The notes under the pieces were generated by a model. The model saw only the letters and a program-made list of their open reading frames with translations. It was not told where the DNA came from and searched no databases. The position numbers and the translations under genes are program-made. Below, in pieces: positions 22,804-33,847 of a DNA stretch of 64,000 bases; the stretch's first letter is position 1; the number at the start of each line of letters is the position of its first letter. This stretch comes from Setoptus koraiensis (taxonomy: Eukaryota > Animalia > Arthropoda), in the NCBI GenBank assembly GCA_048013815.1, contig CM106585.1, positions 14,694,001 through 14,758,000 of the forward strand. The letters run 5' to 3'.

Positions 22804-24492
22804 TGGCAAGATCGACAAGACGAGATAAGATCGCGCAGCGGAGATACAATCCGCCGCTACTCGATAATTCCCCGCTACCACCAACTAGATGGAATAGCGA
22901 GTCAAGAGGGCCCGGCAAGGCGCCACGCAGCCCGCCGCCAAACACTGCGGCGAAGGGGGCCCCCAGAATGGTCGCAAACAAAAGTAACAGTCTAATGATG
23001 GCACGACTTACTTAGCTGGCTGCGGGGCCGGCCAGCCTCCTCTGCTGCTCGTAATCCATTTATGACATTCATGAATTTCACAAGCTTGCACATACTTTCA
23101 TCGTCGTGATTCACACAGTGATTCGAGCCAGCGCAAATATCCAACTGAATGCATCGCGAGCAGCCCACATTGAGGATGCAAATACCATGTCGATACACGC
23201 GCACATATTGTCGCGTCTTGTGTTTGTTTATATAGATACAATTCGCGGGCCCCTCCACCAGTGACACACACGACAAGATGCTCTCTTGTTGTGCAAAATC
23301 TTCCGATTCACTTCACTCTGTTATATAACGACAACAGCAGCGGCTCTCCAACAGGGGCTCTCATATAACGCTGTGCTGAGCCGAATCAGTGGCCGAGAGC
23401 GGCAAATAAACGGAAACTGCCATTATTATTGCATGCAAACAGTGAATTATTGTCATGTGAAGCTGGGATTGGCTAGGCTCGGCCCTTGAAATTGCAACCA
23501 ATTCCGACGGCTTACACACTGTGCAGGTCAACCACACGACTTGGCAGTTTGCGCTACTTGCGACTCAACATCCGGCGCCCCAAGACACCCAACTCACCCC
23601 TGACATGGCCTGTAACTTGTGAGCTCCATCACAGAATAAACGCGCTAACTGTATAACAAATAATAATATTTGATGGATCTCTGTTGACAGTGATATTAGC
23701 GTAATTGGATCATTGAATTTACATGATCGCCATTTTACACGTCTGTCTGATCAGTTCGCTCAGTCTGCTGTGCCCGTTTCACAGTGGCCCGTCGGCCCCA
23801 GGGTCCCACTGGAACTAGAACTTCGATCGCCTGGTTGATCTGGGCATGAAGAGGCCTATAACAAACGCAACTGCGTTCCACTTTGCGAAATAATTTCTCT
23901 TGATGATTCAAAGAATCTCTTCCAAAAATCTCGAGAGGATTACGAAGAGTTTTCACAAATTCATGCGCGCCTTGCAAGTTGCATATCGCCAGGTCGCAAG
24001 GGAAAGTCTCGTGAGAAAACTCAAAATTCTCGCGCAATACTGCTCGCGTGAATCATCCAATCATTTCAGGAATAACAAAAACTTTGGATAGAACCAGCAG
24101 TTATACAAAAAAAAACAGAATCAGAATCCATAGTTTCGCCCTAAGCGAATTGGGCAGCTCGATTTTCTCGGCAATTTTCTCTCGGATTATCCGAGTCGGA
24201 TATGAGTCGGATCCGAGTTTGACCCGCCCCGGAGAGCGGGCATGTTACGGCTCACGACTGGCGCGGCACTTTCGATGACGGTTCTTCAAAGATGATTGGA
24301 GGTCGCAGATCATCGCAGATAATTGTTTGCGCGACATACTGCGGATCACGGTGCAGACTTGCTTAGACTGCTCAACTCCGGTGTGACAATTGCGGTTTCT
24401 CTCGGGCTCCAGCAGAGTCGTCTCAAAATGCGACTAGCGACCCCTGTTTCGAGCAAAAGATTCAAATGTATTTTTTGAATTAAGTTACTCAC

Positions 24493-24566
24493 CTGGTGGT
24501 TGATAGAAAGCCGCTGTAAATAGTCCATATTATTAGCACCGTCGTCCAATGATACAATGTGACCAT
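24493..24566 (-). CDS. GluCl: Most plausible GluCl exon 1 (signal peptide); exon probably starts at 24734
   Basis: ATG at 24566 encodes MVTLYHWTTVLIIWTIYSGFLSTT, then AG|GTGAGT, a strong phase-2 donor matching the exon 2 acceptor. Upstream acceptor gtctgcacag| at 24735-24736. The joined CDS is 1620 nt (539 aa). Splicing to the nearest acceptor (49-nt intron) gives an immediate stop. Confidence 0.62.
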
Positions 24567-25193
24567 GTTGAGATTTACATTGATGGCGCCCTTTCTGCGT
24601 CTTCGCATGTCTTTGCCGAATATTGGCCGCTGCTTTAGACCGTGGATTTGTGTTGATGTGATTTGATCTGTTTGAGATTTATTCTCGTCACTGATATTAG
24701 TTTTCTCTCTGTATTTGTTTCTAAGCCGATAATTCTGTGCAGACAACACAAATTACACAAATTGTGTGCACCACACAGTAGCTAACTAACAAAATGCTGC
24801 TTCCGCCGACGCCGTCACAACAGCAACAACAAAATGGCCAAGCTAGCGCGATTTATGTGACCCGTCGATGTTGTTCATGGTTGTTGTTGGGATAAAACTG
24901 CAACTTGCAAAAATGACTAGACATACAATGTGATGTGTGTGCAGGCTACTCTGGGCTGGCCGACTTAATGCGCGACTTGAATGTTGTCATGTTGTCACTG
25001 ACTGACTGAGTTGGGGCCCACTAATTTACTAATTGCGCAACAACTAACTGATGATTGAACGCACAAGCGCGCTCGCGTCATGCCAACGACGATGATTTTC
25101 CTATAATATTAATTATGTGTATATTGATTGAGCTATATTGATCATTGGGGCCCAGGGTGTTAGTTGGCTTCGTTGGCGAGTCGAGCTTGGCAA

Positions 25194-25194
<1 letters not shown>

Positions 25195-25252
<58 letters not shown>
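25195..25252. repeat. (CA)29 microsatellite
   Basis: Direct reading of the sequence. Confidence 0.95.
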
Positions 25253-25254
<2 letters not shown>

Positions 25255-28200
25255 CGATGGATTGAGATGTTGCTGCGATACAGACACACACACACAATTT
25301 TGACTAGATTGACTAGGCAAAAACTTATAAACATTGCCTAGCTACCACTGCTGGCCAGATTAGATTAGCAAGGCAAGCGAGCAAAGCGAAAGCAAGTGAG
25401 AGCAACAACGACAATTTGATATACATTATACGCACACTCATGGGCATGGGGCGAGCACGTACGCACACGCGCAGAGCCCCCAAAACAAGAATTGTGATTG
25501 TTGACGCTGGCCCCACCAAATCAGATAACCAGTCCAGTCTAGTCCGGTCACATTTACATTTAGAGCGCAGGGCGCACGCCCGACGCCCGCAAACTGCTAG
25601 CCACGCTAGCAGCCCCAGCCGTCATAGTTTGCGCCATCAAGCGAAGATGAGCTAGAAATGGGGCCCAGGGGCCCGTGGGCACGACGCCCGCGCGCGAGTC
25701 CCATGCGTGTCTCCCCGTGGCACCCGTGGTTCGAAAGTGGCGCCAGCCGCGTCGATGTCATGCAGCGCGCATGCTGCTGCTGGGCACACTTTGTCAAACT
25801 TTGTACTCGGGTACTCGTTTGGGTAATGGTGTACACACACACACACACACACAGGTTGGTCCAATTGCAACCAACGCCACCTACAACTCCCGCGAGCTAA
25901 TCGATTTTCACACCTGACGCCTCATCTAACAGCTCCAATCTGACAGCAGATTTCGGCCGGCGCTCGGGGGCCCGCGAGGGGATGTCGGTGTCGTCGTTGC
26001 TCGTGCGACCATGTATATATATAAATAGCTAGTCGGCATTTATATACATTTGTGTGGCGACTCAAACACAACATGGCGGCTCAAACATCCATCCTGTTCA
26101 GTCCATTCAGTGCGCATTTTGTTCTCAGCCGATTAGAGTCGGCCGTGCCGCTGTCGAGGGAGCTGTCCGCTGGATTCCAGCGGCTGGAACTATGCGGCGG
26201 GGCCCCTCCGAACACACCGACAGCAGGATGTGGCAGCGTGGCATCGCTCAATGCCCGTGAGTTACGTTGCGCTAATGCAGTATAGGCACAATGTAACGCA
26301 ATGTCACGGTACCCCCATGTTACGCAATGTGTGTGTGTGTGTGTGTGTGTGGGTGTGCGTGCGGCCTAAGTAGCTGTTACAAAAATATGATGCGATTTCA
26401 TTTGCTGTTTGAGAGAGCGAGAGAAAAAGAAATTATCCGAGGCACGCGAGTCTCTTTGGAGCACTTTTCAAAATGGCAAACTCGTGGCAACGCACGCCAC
26501 GAGCTGCCAGTTATCACTGGCGGCAACTCATCTCAATACTGGCGCCAGTTACCTGTACAATTGCGTAACAGCACACACACTGCAGGTAACTGGCCATACT
26601 ATGTTGCCAAACTATTGCCAACTGTGTGAAACTGCGTAGTGTTCCGCTATTTCGCTGCGATCATCGCAGTCTGATCGCAGCTTGGCGTTACGTCCCGCAT
26701 TCATGCGGTGTTGCCGCTGCCGGAACAAATCGCGGACGGCGGCGCGTGCCGTTCGTTGACCATCTCTCCACCAACTGGCGACTTTACACAGGGTCTGGAA
26801 TTGCGGGCGCAATGAGCGACATCACCCCCGTTCGCCTCGGGCCGGTCGACGCCAACGTAACGCAAGGCGACGGGCCAACAGCGCAGCAACGGATTATGTG
26901 TGTCTCGCAGGCAATATCGTCGCAGGGCCGGTGGTTGCCGCACCGATGGCTGGCCGGCTATAATTAACTCGACCCTCTTGGCTGTCAGTTGTCTGATTGA
27001 GCTGCTGGCATGGCAACTTAGCAGCCTGTGTGTGTGTGTGTGTGTGTGTTTGTGTGTGTCGACCCTGTCGAAGCGAACGGGCGAACAAACAAACAAACGC
27101 CAGCGAACGGATAAACGCCGAGGAACGGACAAACAAACCGAGAAACGACGTACCTTGGCTCGGCCGGAATGGGAACGATCGAGCGGCGGCTGTCATGTAT
27201 CGTATATAACATTGTTTGTACCACGTAATTAATTAATTACGCAATCAATACTTTACATGAAACCAGTTAGGTTTAATTTTAAAGGGAGAAGTGTCGCGTA
27301 TCAACCGCGAATTACAAACAATCTTAGCATACCTACCCCTACCCAGAAAATACTTTAACTGATCGAGTTACACTCAACACTGATTCCAAGTTACCAACAC
27401 GTGTAACAATGGAATACGCATCGTTGAATTGAACCATGTGCTCAATATCGCACTCAATGAGTGTAATTTCCGGTATCGACGCCTATAAATACGCGTGTAT
27501 AACAACTGAATCGTTGTAATTAAGTATTTTCAATAAAAGTGGTGCTACCATATAAAAGTATGACGATTTACATTGAATCAAACTTGAACATTTCAAATAT
27601 TCCGCACTTAATGCGACAGCGGCACAGAAACGCCGCTCGCCCGCTGAACGGAGCCGATCGGCGCCAATTGGAGCGGGCAGCAGGGCTCGCTAATTAAATC
27701 AGTCAATCACTGTTGTTTCTTTTTGCCAATTAGATGCGACGCAACCTCGCTCCATCCAACAGGCGAGCGAGAGAGAGAGAGAGAGAGAGTGGCCTACATC
27801 CAGTCGGACTCTCGCTGGCCACTGCCCATCGACGGTGCGATTGTGCCGGCCGACACTTGCGCAGCACGCCGGCATCGCTGAGCATCGGCCAGTTGGCGAG
27901 CTTGTGTTGGCAAGCTTGCTGGCAAGCGAGTCGAGATGAGATTGACTGGACAGGTAATAACAGGTAGTCGGTGTTATCGCAGAGTCAAATGGCAGCGGAG
28001 TGGCAATAACAAGTTTTGTTAGTGATGGTCGGGCGCATACTACTGCCCTATTGCGTTTGCGGCGCCAAATTGCACTAACAAGCTGTTAACGGTTGTTGTT
28101 TGTTGTTGGTTGTTTGCTGCTGATGTTACTGTTGTTGTTGCTGTTAGTTGCGCGCTGCTTTTGTTTGTTGTGCGGCGTGTGCGCGACGCAATTTGCACAC

Positions 28201-28352
28201 GGCGCCTATCGTGTGCCGCGTGTGCGTGCATTTCACTTGCAACCGCCAGTGTTTGTATTGCGCCAGCGTTAGCGAGCGCAATAGTGTGTTGTGCGTGCTT
28301 GTGAAACAACAGCGACTGTGTGTTGTGTTTGTGCGCGCACATGCACAGATAT

Positions 28353-28363
28353 CACACACACAC

Positions 28364-28416
<53 letters not shown>
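28353..28416. repeat. Interrupted (CA)n microsatellite, followed by a (TAT)n-rich tract at about 28497-28590
   Basis: Direct reading of the sequence. Confidence 0.93.
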
Positions 28417-28417
<1 letters not shown>

Positions 28418-28682
28418 CAAAATACACAACAAAAGATATGCTGATGCCAGTGTGTGCATTGCTCTTCAGGTGGCCTCCGTATCACACAATTGCCGATATA
28501 TATATATATATTTTTTATTATTATTATTATTACTTTTATTATTATTATCATCATTATTATTATTATATCTCATCATCATCATCATTATTATCTTTATCTT
28601 TGTTCTATAGCCATCTTAGTATTCTAATCGCCCCATTCGTCGTATTCAAACATATATACTGATTGATATTCACACTCACACA

Positions 28683-31600
28683 ATGGACGAGCAACAGCAG
28701 CAGGGCCAGATCTCAGTCAGGGTGGCCATCAGGATTCGGCCCCAGATAAGCAGAGAAAAGATCGATATGTGCCAAATATGCACCAGTGTTACACCCGACG
28801 AGCCACAGGTTTGGCTCGGCAAGGATAAGGCTTTCACATTTGATTATGTTTTTGATACAAACTCACAACAACAAGCAATCTATGACACCTGTGTTAGAGA
28901 ACTAGTGGAGGGCTGCTTCAACGGCTTCAATGCCACGGTGCTCGCCTACGGTCAAACGGGCTCTGGCAAGACCTACACCATGGGCACAGGCTTTGAACTA
29001 AACACAACAACGGCCAACAACAACGAAGCAACAACCGAACTCAACTCAACGCATAATAGTAATAATCATCATCATAATAATAGTCACGGCATAATTCCAC
29101 GCGCTGTTCAACAGTTATTCGATGGCATTCAAACGAGACGCGCCGGTCCCACCACTCCAGAATTTAAAGTGACTGCACAATTCATTGAATTGTACAATGA
29201 AGAAATCATTGATCTCCTTGCCGATGGCAAAAAATCAACACAAATACGAATACAAGAAGATAATGGAGGTATTTATATAGCAGGCGTTGCATCCCGTCCA
29301 GTTGCGTCAGCCGACGAGGCCTTTGATTGTTTGAGAGCGGGAGCGTTGGCTAGAACAACTGCATCTACACAAATGAATACACAATCATCTAGGTCGCATG
29401 CTATTTTCACATTGCTCATCAAACAGAATCGTATATCAGAGGATCCAGATTGTCAGGAGTTAGAGATGTTGAGCGCCAAATTTCATTTTGTTGATCTGGC
29501 CGGCAGCGAAAGACTCAAAAGAACAGGAGCCACAGGAGACAGGGCCAAGGAGGGCATCTCAATCAACTCGGGCCTCCTATGCCTGGGCAATGTCATATCA
29601 GCTTTGGGCGACAAATCAAAACGAGCCACACACATTCCATATAGAGACTCCAAATTGACTAGGTTGCTACAAGATTCATTGGGAGGCAATAGTCAAACAT
29701 TGATGATTGCATGCATATCACCCTCGGACAGAGATTTTATGGAGACATTGAGCACACTGAGATACGCTAATAGAGCCAAAAATATCAAGAATAGAGTGAC
29801 AGCTAATCATGACACTGCCAGTCATACCATAGCCGTTCTTAGGAAGGAAATTCAAAATCTTAAATTGGAATTGCTTGAACTAAGACAAAGCAAAAGTATG
29901 TGTGTTTGCAACGCTGAGCGAAACAACGATGACATGTCAATGGAAGACACTTGTTCGGAGCTCAGGAAGCAAGTTCAACGTAATAGTCTATTAGCTGCAA
30001 GACTTTCAATAGACAGCAACGGAATCCACGAAGATTTAGCAGAGGTGTCCTCGGACAAGGTTATCGAAGAGGCTAAACGAGAGGTGAAGAAGCTCAAGGC
30101 CTACACAAAACTAATATCAGAAAACAATGTCTCCATGGACGTTGCTACCAATGGTCCACCACCACCGCCTTTAGATTTGCCTAATAATTTGGAGGAGAGT
30201 GGTGGTAGCAACGAGACTGACGACGAAGAAGCCATCCTTGATAGTAGCGAGGAAGTATCAGAAGATAATGGCAATGAAAGTATAGAGGCGGCGAAAATTG
30301 AGTTGGCTAATTTGAATGATAATATATCTGTAAAAGAGAAACTTATCGCCGAGCTAGAAAAGAGCCAAAGAAAAATGGAATCTCTTAAGCATCACTACGA
30401 ATCTAAATTGATTCAGTTGCAAAATCAAATAAATGAAATAGAACGCGAGAGAGATCAGGTTATGGCTAAACTCAATCAAAGCGGACCGACTGAGAAAACT
30501 CGAAAACTCAATGAAGACTATGACAAAAAGATCAAAGCACTACAAAACGATGTCAAGAAATTGCAAGAGGCCAAGAAAGAGCATGCCAGCGCAATGAGAA
30601 GTCAAGCACGTTATGAACAACAAATCAAAAAATATCGAGTTGAAGTAGAAGATATGAAACGTCAAAAAGTGAATGTGATGAACAAAATGAAAGAAGAAGC
30701 CCAGCGTCATCGTGAAAGTGAACTTCGAAACACAAAGAAGATTGCGCAACTTACAAAGCAAGACCGACTGAAAGACGTCAAGATTAGGAATTTAGAAGTT
30801 GAAAACAACAGAGTGAAACAATTCCTCAAGAGACGAGATGCTGAGGTGAAAGCCTTAAAAACTAAAGGTAAGCCCATGAGTGAGCGAGTAGCTGGGCGTA
30901 CCAAGGAATTCAATAAAGCACCTATGAATCATCAGAGGAGAGGTAAGCCCTCGCCCAAAGCTGCCAAACATAAATGGAATAGATTAGAGCACGAGATCAA
31001 TCAACTTATAGTGACCAAGCAAACAATATGGAACTACGACCAACAAATGAATCGTGACATAGCCCAGCGTGAAGAATTAAGTCAGCAACTTGAAGAGGCC
31101 ACTAGTAGATTGAAAAGTGCTAAAATGAGCAATAACAAAGAACAACTCCAGAGTCTCAATGAGGATATAGATGCCATCCGATCTAACATTAACTATATCG
31201 ATCAAAACGTCAGAGAGTATCAATCAACCATATTGCAACTTGAGGATGATCTCAAAGATGATGCCGATGTGCCTAATCTAGAACATATAATAACCACGTC
31301 CGACAATATGGAAATTAAATATCTCTTCCAGAAACTGTTATCAATGCTAATTAGTCAAACCCAGCAAGTTGATTCATTGTCAGAGGAATGTCGCCAATGG
31401 CAGTGCAAATACAAGCAAGTTGCAGATACTAGTCGAATAAAAGAAGAGCTTTTAGATCATCTGATGGCGTTGAAAACGTCAGAAGAGAATGGGTCCACCG
31501 AGACATTTATTGTACCTGACCCAGTGGAACTGCCGATACCTAGAACTCAAGTTCAACCCCAAACCCTCCATTCAATGGCACCACCACCCCCTATTAACAG

Positions 31601-31807
31601 CGACAACTCAACCTGGTTCTTCCCTCCGAGGCCGTCCTCTGAGAAGGCAAGACGGCTTACATGGACCCCCCAAGAGCTCCTCTTTGAACGATCTCGATCA
31701 AATCTCGATACTATAGATGACGAAGAGCGAAACTTGCCGACGCAAATGGAGTCGGTGAGCCGTGATGCTAGTCCGGGCGAAAGGAGGAGTCCGCTCGCTG
31801 CGTTCAA
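28683..31807 (+). CDS. KIF21: Kinesin-4 family KIF21/Klp31E-like, exon 1 (motor domain and coiled-coil stalk)
   Basis: VRVAIRIRPQ, P-loop GQTGSGKT, switch I NTQSSRSHA, switch [29 protein letters not shown] and KIF21 stalk motif MNRDIAQREEL. Donor TTCAA|GTAAGG at 31808; the ORF-track stop lies inside the intron. Confidence 0.93.
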
Positions 31808-32039
31808 GTAAGGATCTATTTTAATAGCTGCAGAGGATTTCTTGTTATTTTGGCCCATTCTCTACTACTATTTATAGTTTGGTTAATTGGTCTTGATAAC
31901 TCGAGATACTCCGCACCCTTGCATGTCACTTTATCTCTCACTGAGAATGCCCAAAACCTTAATAAATTCACACTTTTTATTATTATTATACCTTACTCCT
32001 ACTATTTTCAACTTATTTCAACTATCATCATTATTATAG

Positions 32040-33046
32040 AGAGACTACTATGATGGTTGTGAACAACAATAATCACCCATCGCCACCAGCATCGCCTTTG
32101 GCTAGCCGGCGCAATAAGAACGATGAGAATGTTTTCTCTCGGCTAACAAGTAGCAACGTCAACGGTTTCAGTAGTAGCCAAGATAGGATAGGAGCTATTG
32201 AGCCCACAATAGCGAGAAATTACACTAATGAATGTTATCTAATTAGAACGCACGTAGCCACCGGACATACCAGGCCTGTGCTGACTATTGCGGCAACCAA
32301 TGATGTTTTGTTTAGCGGATCTAAGGATTTCAGTTGTAAGATTTGGGATCTTCACACATGTCGCGAAATACAAACCATTGCCGATCATCCTGATGCCGTT
32401 CAAGTAGTCCGTTACAACGAATACGATCGTCTATTGTTTTGTGTCTCTAAATCTTACATATTCGTTTATGACCCCAGACAATCTCCTGCCAATTGCGTAA
32501 AGGTTCTGCTGTCATCAGGAATAGTATCTAGTAGCAATGTGCAAAGTTCTTCATTGCATCGCGGCGACCTTCAACAGGGCGAGGCTCGCGTCTTGGACAT
32601 TCAGCTGGCCTCATACGGGACAGTATTATTTTCAACTTGTTCAAACATTGTTAGAGTTTGGGATCTGAGAAAATTTCATTGTGTTGGCAAATTGAACACT
32701 GGCCATCAGGCGCCCATTATTTGTATGGCTGTTGGTGAATTTGACCAAGCACAACCAGTGGCAACTGGATCAAAAGATCATTACATCAAACTGTTCGATA
32801 TCAAGGACGGTCCAAGCGGATTTCACAATGCCACGACAACGCTAAAGCCGCCCCATTATGATGGTATCGAGAGTCTGAAGATCCAGGGCGAATATCTCTT
32901 TTCGGCATCGCGAGATTCGTGTATCAAAAAGTGGCATTTGCCCGAGCAACGTTTATGTCATTCAATCAATCAGGCCCACAAAGATTGGATTCAAGCTCTG
33001 ACGATATTACCCACAAGCAATCACCTCATCAGTGGTTGTAGGAGCG
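32040..33046 (+). CDS. KIF21: KIF21 exon 2 (WD40 repeats)
   Basis: Acceptor ttattatag|A (phase 2, in frame; 232-nt intron). WD40 motifs GHTRPVLTI..LFSGSKDFSCKIWD, TGSKDHYIKLFD and PPHYDGIESL. Donor AGCG|GTAAGT at 33047. Confidence 0.92.
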
Positions 33047-33176
33047 GTAAGTGCCGATGCTTTGTGCACCGAATTTCAACTCATTCTCATTCACCAGATA
33101 CTTGAATATGGCATAATTTATACTAACCAATCATTCTATATCATTCTATCAATCTATACAATCACTGATTGAACAG

Positions 33177-33373
33177 GTTATTTGCGATTGTGGTCGAAAG
33201 ACGATTGTACTTTATTAGACGACATTAAGGCTCACAATAGCGCTATACACGCCATTGAGACCAATAATAGAATGGTCTTTACTGCCTCTAGTGATCATAC
33301 AGTTGGTCTATGGCAACAATCTAATCCCGCTAAACATACAATGACGATACAACCAAGCATGATGACGACGTAA
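33177..33373 (+). CDS. KIF21: KIF21 exon 3 (last WD40 repeat, stop); full CDS 4329 nt, 1442 aa
   Basis: Branch point TACTAAC at 33121-33127, acceptor gaacag|GT. Encodes GYLRLWS..AHNSAIHAI..FTASSDHTVGLW. Confidence 0.9.
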
Positions 33374-33706
33374 TCATCTATGATGAAGAGGAAAGAAACA
33401 ACAAGCTTATGCAAGGCTTGCATGGCCATATAATATGGCTTTTTATATTAGACAATTGTTGTGATCTCTTTGATTAACATATCTGAGGCAATCATTATTA
33501 ACGTATCCATCCAAATTTGCAGCACTCATCCATTCCCTCCAACAATTTGACGGATTGCATAGATTAGACAAATAGTAACAATATTTTTATTAATATTAAT
33601 ATCAATCTAATAATTTAACTTTGAGACAAGTGTTTTGAATGATAGTAGATTCATCAGAATCATCTCCCATAGCATATCATAAGTTGACCAATTGATTGGC
33701 ACATCG

Positions 33707-33803
33707 AATAAATAATCAGTTCATAAGTGATAATTTTACTGTATTTACAAAAAATTTAAAACAAAAGTATATAACAACTACCTATATACTCTATGAAAAT
33801 AAA
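33707..33803 (+). terminator. Candidate KIF21 polyadenylation signals
   Basis: AATAAA at 33707-33712 and 33798-33803 in an AT-rich 3' UTR. Confidence 0.45.
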
Positions 33804-33847
33804 ACTTAAATCTTACTTATGATATCAACACTTCTACGTTCAGAACG

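Noticed and set aside
27250-27275. NWFH on the - strand, checked as a possible Cut homeodomain helix 3
   Set aside because: Followed by VKY-stop and preceded by non-homeodomain sequence.
29896-29946. Donor-like GTATGT within KIF21 exon 1
   Set aside because: The frame remains open and there is no convincing pyrimidine tract or acceptor, so no intron was called.
31808-32049. Apparent fission of KIF21 into separate motor and WD40 genes
   Set aside because: A GTAAGG donor at 31808 and a TAG acceptor at 32038-32039 join the two frames in phase.
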